Shown here: positions 46,051 through 55,058 of the stretch, piece after piece
Position numbering within the stretch: position 1 is the stretch's first letter
How the letters are laid out: each line of letters starts with the position of its first letter
From: Acidimicrobiales bacterium
GTDB lineage: Bacteria > Actinomycetota > Acidimicrobiia > Acidimicrobiales > SZUA-35
Direction of reading: 5' to 3'
Length of the DNA stretch: 64,000 bases
NCBI GenBank assembly: GCA_047974625.1
Contig: JBKECK010000054.1
Coordinates: 148,687-212,686 of the forward strand
Translations under genes and position numbers: made by a program
The notes under the pieces: model-generated
Database searches by the model: none
Told to the model about the DNA's origin: nothing
The model's input: only the letters and a program-made list of their open reading frames with translations

Positions 46051-47382
46051 ATGACCTACACCGCCAGTGACGCCCCGCAGACCGACGACATCGACGGCGG
46101 CTTCCGAACACCCGAGCAGGAGCAGGCGGCCAACGGCGCCGACGTGGCCCCGGCCGCCGAACTGCCGCTGGAGGAGATCAACCCCCTCAATCCCCACCTA
46201 TTCCGCGACAACCGGTGGCCCGACTACTTCGAGCGGCTCCGGCGGGACGACCCGGTTCACCTCAATGAGCTGGAGACCGCCGGTCGGTACTGGTCGATCA
46301 CGACCTACGACGACGTCCGGACGGTGGACGGCGACTGGAAGACCTTCTCCTCGGCCGAGGGAATCGCCATCGGGGTCAAGGTCGGCACCCCACGGCCGGC
46401 CAACCTGCAGCGCACGGCATCGCCCTTCATCGCCATGGACCCGCCCAAGCACGGCGAGCAGCGCAACACGGTCCGGTCGGTGGCGGCGCCGAAGAACCTC
46501 CGCAACCTGGAACCGCTGATCCGGGAGCGCACGATCCAGGTCCTCGAGTCCCTCCCCGACGGTGAGACGTTCGACTGGGTCGACACCGTGTCGATCGAAC
46601 TGACCACCATGATGCTGGCCACCCTGTTCGACTTCCCGTTCGAGGACCGCCGCAAGCTCACCCACTGGTCCGACATCGTCTTCGCCATCCCCGAGCCCGG
46701 TGGCCTGGTGGAATCCGAGACCCAGAAACGGGCCGAGATGATGGAGTGCGTCGCCTACTTCGAGAACCTGTGGGAGGAGCGCCGCAGGAACCCCGGGAAC
46801 GACCTCGTCTCGATGCTGGTGCACGGTGAGGCCACCAGGGACATGGCCACCATCGACCACCTGGGCAACCTGCTGCTGCTGATCGTCGGGGGCAACGACA
46901 CCACCCGCAACACCATGTCGGGCAGTGTGTACGGGCTCAACACCTTCCCCGACCAGTACGACAAGCTGATCGCCAACCCGGACCTCATCGCCGGGATGGT
47001 CCCCGAGATCATCCGGTGGCAGACCCCCTTGTCGTACATGCGCCGCACCGCCACCCACGATTGCGAGTTCGGCGGCAAGCAGATCCGCAAGGACGACCAG
47101 GTCCTCATGTGGTACGTATCGGCCAATCGCGACGAGGCGATGTTCGGCGACGACGCCGACGTGATCGACATCGAACGCCCGAACGCCGATCGCCACCTGT
47201 CCTTCGGCTACGGCATCCACTTCTGCATGGGCAGCCGGCTGGCCGAGCTCCAGCTCCGGGTCCTGTGGGAGGAGGTCCTCCAGCGGTTCGAGCGGATCGA
47301 GGTCCAGGCCGAACCGACCCGCACCTTCTCCTCGTTTGTGAAGGGCTACACCTCCCTACCCGTCACGGTGACCCGGAAGTGA
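46051..47382 (+). CDS. cytochrome P450, CYP153-type (alkane/terminal hydroxylase family)
   Basis: The I-helix NLLLLIVGGNDTTRNTMSG and the heme loop FGYGIHFCMGSRLAE match the blocks used to define and amplify CYP153 genes. FIAMDPPKH is also present. Confidence 0.85.
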   Translation: MTYTASDAPQTDDIDGGFRTPEQEQAANGADVAPAAELPLEEINPLNPHLFRDNRWPDYFERLRRDDPVHLNELETAGRYWSITTYDDVRTVDGDWKTFSSAEGIAIGVKVGTPRPANLQRTASPFIAMDPPKHGEQRNTVRSVAAPKNLRNLEPLIRERTIQVLESLPDGETFDWVDTVSIELTTMMLATLFDFPFEDRRKLTHWSDIVFAIPEPGGLVESETQKRAEMMECVAYFENLWEERRRNPGNDLVSMLVHGEATRDMATIDHLGNLLLLIVGGNDTTRNTMSGSVYGLNTFPDQYDKLIANPDLIAGMVPEIIRWQTPLSYMRRTATHDCEFGGKQIRKDDQVLMWYVSANRDEAMFGDDADVIDIERPNADRHLSFGYGIHFCMGSRLAELQLRVLWEEVLQRFERIEVQAEPTRTFSSFVKGYTSLPVTVTRK

Positions 47383-47392
47383 TCCGACACCC

Positions 47393-48226
47393 TCACCCGG
47401 CGTCGGGCTCCGGGGGCAGCAGGGCCTCGTAGACCGGCCGCAGCAGGTCGACGACGGGGGTACCCCGGACCTCCAGCTCGGTCGGATCGAGTCGGTCGAG
47501 TCCGGGGGCACCCGGGCCCGGCGGTCCGACCGGGCCCGGGGTCGATCCGAGGGCGTCACGTGGCACCTCGCCCGGGCCGAACGGCCACCAGGGGGCCACA
47601 TGGTCTCCGTGGCCGGCCCCGGACGACCGCAACAGGTCGATGATCTCGTCCCGGTGGCGGCCGCGCCACTGGAGCAGCAGCCACGGGTCGCGGTCCAACT
47701 GGTCGGCGAAGACGTAGAGGACGGCGGCCAGGTGCTTGCACGGGCTCTCCGGATCGGGGCAGGAGCACGACGCCCGCAGGTCCGCCCACCGATCGGGCAG
47801 CAGGGGCACCCCGGCGGCGTTGAACACCTCGACCAGGTCGGTGGGTACCTCCCCGGCCAACAGGGCGGCCACCGGTCCGGCCCGGTTCGACAACTCCCGC
47901 TCGATGACCGACCATTGGCGGTCGTCGACCTCGGAGAACCGGACCGACACCAGGTACGGGGTCCGGCGCGATCCCTGGACCTGGGCGGCGATCAGGCCGG
48001 GTTCGACCTGGAGGGTGAGCACCTGGCCCCGGCGGGCGTACCGTCGCCCCCTCTGCATGCGGGCACCCAGGCCGTAGGATTCGAGCACCTCGGCGAACCG
48101 CAGGGCCCACCACTGCTCGGCCATGGCCCCCCGCTGCCGGGCGGTGGCCAGGCCGTCCTCGGCCGGTAGCGGGACCGACTCCGGGAACCGCTGCCAGGCG
48201 TTGCTCCGCCCGTCCCGGCCCGCCAT
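47393..48226 (-). CDS. SWIM zinc-finger protein
   Basis: SWIM CxC...CxH signature (CSCPDPESPCKH). The ATG overlaps the SNF2 stop by 1 nt (TGATG). Confidence 0.8.
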   Translation of the reverse strand: MAGRDGRSNAWQRFPESVPLPAEDGLATARQRGAMAEQWWALRFAEVLESYGLGARMQRGRRYARRGQVLTLQVEPGLIAAQVQGSRRTPYLVSVRFSEVDDRQWSVIERELSNRAGPVAALLAGEVPTDLVEVFNAAGVPLLPDRWADLRASCSCPDPESPCKHLAAVLYVFADQLDRDPWLLLQWRGRHRDEIIDLLRSSGAGHGDHVAPWWPFGPGEVPRDALGSTPGPVGPPGPGAPGLDRLDPTELEVRGTPVVDLLRPVYEALLPPEPDAG

Positions 48227-50715
48227 CAGGCCGCCGCCCCGGGGGCCAGGGCGACGGCCTCGGCCAGCTCGTCGGTGCTCAGGCCGGTGAGCCAGTCCTC
48301 CCCGGTCCCGACCACCCGTTCGGCCAGCTGTCGCTTGCCGGCGATCATCTCGTCGATCCGCTCCTCAATGGTGCGCGCCGACACCAGCTTGTGCACCTGG
48401 ACCGTCCGGTCCTGACCGATTCGGTAGGCCCGGTCGGTGGCCTGATCCTCCACGGCCGGATTCCACCACCGGTCGTAGTGGATGACATGGCTGGCCTCGG
48501 TCAGATTGAGGCCGGTCCCTCCGGCCTTGACCGACAGCAGCAGCACGGCGGGTCCGTCGTGACCGGTGAAGGCCGCCACCATCCCGTCCCGCCCGGCCCG
48601 GTTCACGCCGCCGTGGAGCCACCAGCATTCCACGCCCAGGCGGGCCGCCAGGTACGGGGCCAGCCGGTCGCCCCAGGCCGTGAACTGGGTGAACACCAGT
48701 GTCTTGTCGCCCACCGAGACGATCTCCTCCAGCAGTTCCTCGGTGCGGGCCAGCTTGCCGGACCGACCGGCCAGGCCGGAGCCGTCGCCAAGGAAATGGG
48801 CGGGATGGTTGCCGACCTGCTTCAACCGGCTGATACCGGCCAGGACCAGGCCCCGCCGCTGCATCCCGTCGGTCTCGGCGGCCCGTTGCAGCAGTTCCTC
48901 CACCACCGACTGGTAGAGCGACACCTGCTCGCGGGTCAGGTGGCAGGCGTCGACGGTCTCGATCTTGTTCGGCAGATCGGTGATGATCGACCGGTCGGAC
49001 TTCAATCGGCGGAGCACGAACGGGGTGGTTACCCGGGCCAGGTGCGCCGTGACCTCCTCATCGTGGTCGGCCTCGATGGGCCGGGCGAAGGTCTCCCGGA
49101 ACGAGGCCGCCGAGCCGAGCAGGCCCGGATTCAGGAACTGCATGATCGACCACAACTCCGACAGCCGATTCTCCACCGGGGTGCCGGTGAGGGCCACCCG
49201 GCGGCCGGCGGCCAGGGCGCGGGCGGCGCGGGCCACCCGGGTGCCCGGGTTCTTGATCTGCTGGGCCTCGTCGAGCACCACCCGTCCCCAGGCCACCGCT
49301 TCGAGCTGCTCCCGGTCGCGTTGCAGCAGGCCGTAGGAGGTGAGGACGATGTCGTGATCGGCCGCCTGCGCGGCGAAGGCCGCGGGGTCCTCCCGGATCC
49401 GGTCGGGGCCGTGATGGACCCGGACGGTGAGCCCCGGGGCGAAGCGTTCGATCTCCCGGCACCAGTTGCCGAGCACGGAGACCGGGCTGACCACCAGGGT
49501 CGGCCCGCCGGCCGTGTCCGCCAACACGGCACCGATCAGCTGGGCCGTCTTGCCGAGGCCCATGTCGTCGGCCAGGCAGCCGCCGAGCCCGAGGCGGCCG
49601 AGGAACGTCAACCAGCCGACCCCCCGCTGTTGGTATGGGCGCAGCTGGCCGGCAAAACCGGGTGGCGCCGCCACCGGTTCCACCGACCGGGTGATGGCCT
49701 CGTCGAGCAGGTGACCCACCCAGCCGTCGGCGTCGACCCCGACCACGTCGAGCCCGGCCGCGTCCGCGCCCAGGTCGTCGAGACCGAGACCGGCCCGAAG
49801 CAGGGCCCCGGCGGTGGTCTCCTGGTGCCGCCCGACCCGTTCGAGCAGGGCCTCCACCTGGCCGGGGTCGATCTGGATCCACCGGCCCCGGAACCGGACC
49901 AGGTGCTCCTTGGCCGTGGCGGCCCGGGCCAGGTCGGCGAGGTCGGCCTCGCTGAGCTCCTCGTCGCCCAGAGCGGCCACCCACGAGAAGCTGACCAGCT
50001 CGTCCAGGCCGAACCCGGCCTCGGTCACCGACGGTTCGGACGCCGACCGCGACGTCGCCTTGGCCCGAAGACCCAGCCGGCCATCGGTCGTCCACCAGTG
50101 GGGTAGCCAGACGGCCACGCCCAGGTCGGCCAGGGGGCCGAGCCGGTCGCGGACGAAGGCGATCAGACCGTCCGAATCGAACGACATCCGGTCCGGTCGG
50201 GCCTGCTCGACCAGCGGGGTCAGCTCGGGGGCCAGGCGCACGGCCCGGCCCAGCACGGTCAGGGCCTCCTCCAACGCCTCGGGGCCGAACATGGCCGAGC
50301 CGGAGAACAGCTCGGCCAGGGGGGTCACGATGGCGGTGTCCACCAGGTCCTGGGCCACCACCTCCAGGCCCCACCCGGGGTCGGGATCCGGTTCGGGGTC
50401 GGCTTCGGGTTCCACCACCCGGAGACAGACCCGCACCGAGCCCGGCACCGCGGCTCCGGTCCCGACCCACCCCCGGACCTCGTCGACCAGGGCCCGGACC
50501 CGGTCCGGGGCCAGGGAGGGCGACAGCCACGGATCGGCCGACCCCAGGGACCGGACCCAGGCGTCAGGCACGGTCCGGCGGCCGGGACGGACCGGCAGCA
50601 GGCTGGCCCCGCCGGCGGCCAGCCGCTCCCGGACCAGTCGATCGGTGGCCTCGGCCAGGGACGCGGCGAGGTCCCGCTGGGCCTCGGCGGAGCCGTCGAC
50701 CAGCAGGCGCGCCAC
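48226..50715 (-). CDS. SNF2-family DEAD/DEAH helicase-like ATPase (HelZ-like)
   Basis: LRPYQQRGVGWL, DDMGLGKT (motif I), VLDEAQQIKN (motif II) and the C-terminal helicase domain WWNPAVEDQATDRAYRIGQ. Confidence 0.9.
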   Translation of the reverse strand: MARLLVDGSAEAQRDLAASLAEATDRLVRERLAAGGASLLPVRPGRRTVPDAWVRSLGSADPWLSPSLAPDRVRALVDEVRGWVGTGAAVPGSVRVCLRVVEPEADPEPDPDPGWGLEVVAQDLVDTAIVTPLAELFSGSAMFGPEALEEALTVLGRAVRLAPELTPLVEQARPDRMSFDSDGLIAFVRDRLGPLADLGVAVWLPHWWTTDGRLGLRAKATSRSASEPSVTEAGFGLDELVSFSWVAALGDEELSEADLADLARAATAKEHLVRFRGRWIQIDPGQVEALLERVGRHQETTAGALLRAGLGLDDLGADAAGLDVVGVDADGWVGHLLDEAITRSVEPVAAPPGFAGQLRPYQQRGVGWLTFLGRLGLGGCLADDMGLGKTAQLIGAVLADTAGGPTLVVSPVSVLGNWCREIERFAPGLTVRVHHGPDRIREDPAAFAAQAADHDIVLTSYGLLQRDREQLEAVAWGRVVLDEAQQIKNPGTRVARAARALAAGRRVALTGTPVENRLSELWSIMQFLNPGLLGSAASFRETFARPIEADHDEEVTAHLARVTTPFVLRRLKSDRSIITDLPNKIETVDACHLTREQVSLYQSVVEELLQRAAETDGMQRRGLVLAGISRLKQVGNHPAHFLGDGSGLAGRSGKLARTEELLEEIVSVGDKTLVFTQFTAWGDRLAPYLAARLGVECWWLHGGVNRAGRDGMVAAFTGHDGPAVLLLSVKAGGTGLNLTEASHVIHYDRWWNPAVEDQATDRAYRIGQDRTVQVHKLVSARTIEERIDEMIAGKRQLAERVVGTGEDWLTGLSTDELAEAVALAPGAAA

Positions 50716-50879
50716 CCGGGCCCGGTCGGTGGCCGCCGGCAGCGGCCACCACTAGGAGCGGGCCCGCCCGTCGGCCTCGATCGAGGCACCGGGTACCACC
50801 CGGCCACCGTCGACGAGATAGGCGGCCAGCTCGGCGACCCCCGGGTCCACGACGGTGTCGGTGGTGCCGGCCACGAGGC

Positions 50880-51647
50880 TCAACCGGCCATGGTGAGGCC
50901 GCCGGACACGCTGAGGACCTGACCGGTCACGAAGCCGGCGGCGTCGCTGGCGAAGAACAGCACCGCCCCCACCAGATCGTCAGGCTGGCCGAGACGGCCC
51001 ATCGGGATGGCCCGGCGGAACGCCTCCCGCAGCTTCTCCGGGTTGGCGGCGGTGTCGGTGACGGTCGTCAACAGGGCGGTATCGGTGGGGCCGGGACACA
51101 CCACGTTGAAGGTGACACCGTGGCGCGAATGCTCCCGGGCCAGGGTCTTGGAGAAGGCGACCAGGCCGGCCTTGCAGGCGGCGTACACGGCCTCGCCCGA
51201 CGAGCCCACCCGGGCCGCGTCGGAGGCCACGTTGACGATCCGCCCGGCCCTCCGCTCCACCATGGCGGGCAGGACCGCGTGGTGCATGTTGAGGGCGCCG
51301 ACCAGGTTGATGTCGATCAGGCGGGCCCAGTCGTCCGGGCTGGTGTCGAGGAAGGGGACGAACAGATCCCAGCCGGCGTTGTTGACCAGGACGTCGATCG
51401 GGCCCAGTTCGTCGCCGACCCGCCGGACTGCGGCGTCGACCGAGGGTCGTTCGGTGATGTCGGACTCGACGGCGAGGGCCCGCCCGCCGGCGTCGTTGAT
51501 GGCGGCCGCGGTGGCCGAGGCGGCCTCGGCCGACCGGTCGAGCACCGCCACCGCGGCCCCCTCGGCGGCGAAGCCGGCGCAGACGGCCCGGCCGATACCG
51601 CCCCCGCCCCCGGTGACCACGACGGTGCGCTTATCGAATCGATCCAT
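50880..51647 (-). CDS. SDR-family oxidoreductase
   Basis: TGGGGGIG, NNAG and S...YAACK catalytic residues. The internal ATG (MDRFDK) is preferred. Confidence 0.85.
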   Translation of the reverse strand: MDRFDKRTVVVTGGGGGIGRAVCAGFAAEGAAVAVLDRSAEAASATAAAINDAGGRALAVESDITERPSVDAAVRRVGDELGPIDVLVNNAGWDLFVPFLDTSPDDWARLIDINLVGALNMHHAVLPAMVERRAGRIVNVASDAARVGSSGEAVYAACKAGLVAFSKTLAREHSRHGVTFNVVCPGPTDTALLTTVTDTAANPEKLREAFRRAIPMGRLGQPDDLVGAVLFFASDAAGFVTGQVLSVSGGLTMAG

Positions 51648-51715
51648 GACATCCCCTTCAGAATCCCGACCGGAACCAACCAGATCACTGTATGACACGG
51701 CCGCTCAACGACCGG

Positions 51716-51771
51716 TTTGTTCAACGACCGGTTTGTTTAACGACCGGTTTGTTTAACGAACAGCCTGACAG
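51716..51771. repeat. 16-bp tandem direct repeat (C/T)AACGACCGGTTTGTT, about 3.5 copies, upstream of the SDR gene
   Basis: Read directly between the TetR stop (51777) and the SDR start (51647). Each unit has an ACCGGT core. A TACAGT -10-like hexamer lies just downstream on the coding (minus) strand. Confidence 0.85.
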
Positions 51772-51776
51772 GACGA

Positions 51777-52427
51777 CTAGGAGGTCGTCGCACCCCCGCT
51801 GTCGGCGTCCACGGCTTGCTCGGCGGCCCGGCACAGGACGTCGGCCAGGATGTCGGCGAGCTCGTCCAGGTCGGCGGTTCCCTCCACCTGGGCACCGACG
51901 AACAGACCATCCGCCACGGCCATGGTGAACCGGGCCAGCCGGCGGGACGGGTCATCCGGCCCACCCCTGTCGCCCAGCACCCCGCTCCAGAACCGGGCCA
52001 TGTTGTCGATGACCCGGGTCCGGATCTCGATGAACCGTTGGCGGGCGGTCGGCTCGACGGGGTGGTTCTCCAGGGCGAGCAGGAGGCCGAGCCGCCAGAA
52101 GTGGGGGTTGGAGGCGATGCTGGCCACGGCCCGTTCGATGCGTCGAGCGACCAGCTGCCCGAGGTCCTCGCCGTCACCGGGCAGATCCCACCCGGGCAGG
52201 GACCGCCGCCACTGGTCGAAGCTGTCGTCGATCACGGCGGCGAACAGGGCGTCCTTGCTCTCGAAATGCCAGTAGACGGAACTGGCCGGCAACCCGGAGC
52301 GCTCCGAGACCTGGGCGATCGAGGTGGCCGTGTAGCCCCGCTCGTGGGCCACCTCGAGGGTGGCGTCGATGATCCGACGCCTGGACTCCTCGCCCTGTCG
52401 GCTGCGTCGCTCCGTCTTCGGCTTCAT
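51777..52427 (-). CDS. TetR-family transcriptional regulator
   Basis: HTH RRRIIDATLEVAHERGYTATSIAQVSERSGLPASSVYWHFESKDALF. The internal ATG (MKPKTE) was chosen. Confidence 0.85.
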   Translation of the reverse strand: MKPKTERRSRQGEESRRRIIDATLEVAHERGYTATSIAQVSERSGLPASSVYWHFESKDALFAAVIDDSFDQWRRSLPGWDLPGDGEDLGQLVARRIERAVASIASNPHFWRLGLLLALENHPVEPTARQRFIEIRTRVIDNMARFWSGVLGDRGGPDDPSRRLARFTMAVADGLFVGAQVEGTADLDELADILADVLCRAAEQAVDADSGGATTS

Positions 52428-52504
52428 CGTCCCACTCCCCGGTGCCGGCCCCGCCGGGGCGCCGCGTCTTGTCGGATCCGCCCGGCCAGGGTACGCTCCG
52501 CTTA

Positions 52505-52522
52505 CTGTAGTGATCACTACAG
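52505..52522. promoter_or_regulatory. perfect 18-bp palindrome CTGTAGTGATCACTACAG (candidate TetR operator)
   Basis: Verified as self-complementary by eye. It sits centrally in the 218-bp divergent TetR/HpaB intergenic region. Confidence 0.6.
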
Positions 52523-52644
52523 GGACACTGCGGGCTTCATCGCGGTGACCCGTCGCGGAAATCAGCACGTTGATCGCGGCGATGAAGCCGAGTACCGAGT
52601 CGGCACCCGGTGGAACGGGGCCACAACCGAAGGGGAGCACCACC

Positions 52645-54102
52645 ATGGGGGCACGTACCGGAACCGAGTTCCTGGATGCGCTGAGGGAGCGGCCGCGCCA
52701 CGGCTGGGTCGACGGGAGCCAGATCGGCGACGTCACCGAGCATCCGCTCACCCGGGGGGCCGCCGCTTCCCTCGCCCGCTACTTCGACCGTCAGCACGAG
52801 TACGCCGGGGAGTGCCTGTTCACCAAGCCCGACACCGGGGAGCCGACCAACATCAGCCACCTGCTGCCGCGCTCCCACGACGACGTCCGGCGCCGCCACG
52901 CCGGTCTGGTCCGGTTGAGCGAGGCGTCGATGGGCCTGATGGGCCGGACCCCGGACTATATGAACATGAAGTTCTCGGCCTTCGCCTCGGCCCCGTGGGT
53001 CTGGGCTGGCGAGGACGGCCGCAACGAGCGAGGCGCCGCCAACCTGGTCGCCTTCCAGAACCACCTGGCCGACGAGGACGTGTCGCTGACCCACACCATC
53101 ATCCAGCCCACCACCGACAAGCGGACCGACTCCAGGATCCTTGGCAACAAGGTCACCATCCGCAAGGTCGGTGAGACGGCCGACGGGATCGTGGTGCGCG
53201 GGGCCCGGGTGCTGGCCACCCTGGCCCCCTTCGCCGACGAGCAGACCGTCTACCCGGCCCTGCCAATCCCTCCCGGGGCCGAGGAGTACGCCGTCTCCTT
53301 CGCCATCCCCCTCAACACCCCGGGGTTGAAGTTCCTGTGCCGTGACTCGATGTCGGCCTGCGGCGCCCCGTGGGACAAGCCGCTCTCCTCCCGGTTCGAC
53401 GAGCAGGACGCCTTCTGCATCTTCGACGACGTGGTGGTGCCCTGGGACCGGATCTTCATCGACGGTGAGGTCGAGATCTACAACTCGATCGGCCAGACCG
53501 GTTTCCCCATCAACATGACCAGCCAGTCGACCACCCGGGCGTTGACCAAGCTCGAGTTCGCCTACGGCCTGGCCACCCGGATGGCCGAGATGATCGGGGA
53601 CCACGGCCCGGCCACGGTGGACATGCTCGGTGAGATTGCCTGCTACGTCCAGGCCACCCGCAACGCCCTCGAGCTGTCGGTGGAGCACGCCTGGGAGCGC
53701 GAACGCGACGGCCACTGGTTCCCCGACCCCCGCCCCCTGGATCCGATGCGGGCCCTACTCGCCGGCTGGATGCCGCGGGTGGCCGAGATCATCACCCTCA
53801 TCGGCAGCCACAACCTGCTGACCACACCGACCCGCTCCCAGTTCGACGACCCGGAACTCCGACCCCTAATCGACGAGATGCTGCACGGCGCCGACGGGGT
53901 GCCGGCCAACGACCGGGCGGCCTTGTTCCGCCTGGCCTGGGACTTCGTCGGCTCCGGCCTGGCCGGGCGGGGCTTCCTGTACGAGCGGTTCTACCTCACC
54001 TCGGCCAGCCGCAACCGCCAGCAGTTCCACGCCCAGCTGTACGACCGTTCCCGGGCCAACCGCTATGTCGACGAGATGCTCGAACTGGCCGGCCAGGACT
54101 GA
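52645..54102 (+). CDS. 4-hydroxyphenylacetate-3-hydroxylase-family (HpaB-like) flavin-dependent monooxygenase, oxygenase component
   Basis: HpaB-family N- and C-terminal domains (GRTPDYMNMKF..., THTIIQP..., YERFYL). A GAAGGGGAG Shine-Dalgarno sequence precedes the ATG at 52645. Confidence 0.85.
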   Translation: MGARTGTEFLDALRERPRHGWVDGSQIGDVTEHPLTRGAAASLARYFDRQHEYAGECLFTKPDTGEPTNISHLLPRSHDDVRRRHAGLVRLSEASMGLMGRTPDYMNMKFSAFASAPWVWAGEDGRNERGAANLVAFQNHLADEDVSLTHTIIQPTTDKRTDSRILGNKVTIRKVGETADGIVVRGARVLATLAPFADEQTVYPALPIPPGAEEYAVSFAIPLNTPGLKFLCRDSMSACGAPWDKPLSSRFDEQDAFCIFDDVVVPWDRIFIDGEVEIYNSIGQTGFPINMTSQSTTRALTKLEFAYGLATRMAEMIGDHGPATVDMLGEIACYVQATRNALELSVEHAWERERDGHWFPDPRPLDPMRALLAGWMPRVAEIITLIGSHNLLTTPTRSQFDDPELRPLIDEMLHGADGVPANDRAALFRLAWDFVGSGLAGRGFLYERFYLTSASRNRQQFHAQLYDRSRANRYVDEMLELAGQD

Positions 54103-54152
54103 CCCGGCGGCCCGGCCCGGATCGGTACCTGTGTCGGTGCCCCGCCGGAGCC

Positions 54153-54947
54153 TCAGCGAGGCATGGCAAAGCCGCCGGACACGCTGACCACCTGACCGGT
54201 GAGCTGCCGGGCCCGCCGGGAGGCGAGGAAGGCGACGCTCCAGGCGATGTCCACCGCCTCCGAGCGTCGGCGGAGGGGGATGCCGGCGGTGATGTTGGCC
54301 ACCTCCCGCTCCCCCATGCCGATGTCCTGGGACCAGAGGCTCTGCTCACCGATGTCCTCCTCCACCGGGATCACCAGCCCGGGGCACACGGTGTTGGCCC
54401 GGACGCCGTAGCGTCCGTACTCCTTGGCGATGACCCGCATGAAGGCCATCACCCCGGCCTTCATCGGGCCGTAGTCGCCCATCCGGAACTCGCCGAAGCC
54501 GGCGTCACTGGAGATCGAGACGATCGCCCCGCGCCGACGCTCCACCATCCCGCCCAGGACGGCGTGGGTGGCGTTGAAGGTGGGGAACAGGTTGAGCCGG
54601 TAGGCCTGGTCCCACCGGTCCGGGGTGAGATCGAGGAAGAACTCGGCCCGGCCGTTCCAGCCCACATTGTTGACCAGGACCTCCACCGGACCGAGGTCGG
54701 CTTCGGCCCCGGCCACGGCGGCCGCGGTGGCGTCGACGTCGGTCAGGTCGACGGTGTAGGCCACCGCGTCGAGGCCCCGGTCGGCGAGCCCGCCGACGGT
54801 GCTCCGGGCCATGGCCTCGTCCCGGTCGAACACGGCCACCCGGGCCCCTTCCTCCGCCAGGACGGTGGTGATGGCCTTGCCGATGTTCGACGCCCCACCG
54901 GTGACGACGACCGTTGTGTCTGCGAGCCCCAGGTCCACGATGCCCAT
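54153..54947 (-). CDS. SDR-family oxidoreductase
   Basis: TGGASNIG, NNVG and a Y...K active-site context. The internal ATG (MGIVDLG) was chosen. Confidence 0.8.
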   Translation of the reverse strand: MGIVDLGLADTTVVVTGGASNIGKAITTVLAEEGARVAVFDRDEAMARSTVGGLADRGLDAVAYTVDLTDVDATAAAVAGAEADLGPVEVLVNNVGWNGRAEFFLDLTPDRWDQAYRLNLFPTFNATHAVLGGMVERRRGAIVSISSDAGFGEFRMGDYGPMKAGVMAFMRVIAKEYGRYGVRANTVCPGLVIPVEEDIGEQSLWSQDIGMGEREVANITAGIPLRRRSEAVDIAWSVAFLASRRARQLTGQVVSVSGGFAMPR

Positions 54948-55058
54948 CCCTCCCCGTGGGTAGGCCGACTGCGGGCACTGTAACCAACGCCGACGGGCGG
55001 GGACGAAACCGTGACGGGCCGGCACCGACCCACCCGGGCCGCTCCGGCGGCTCTGCCG

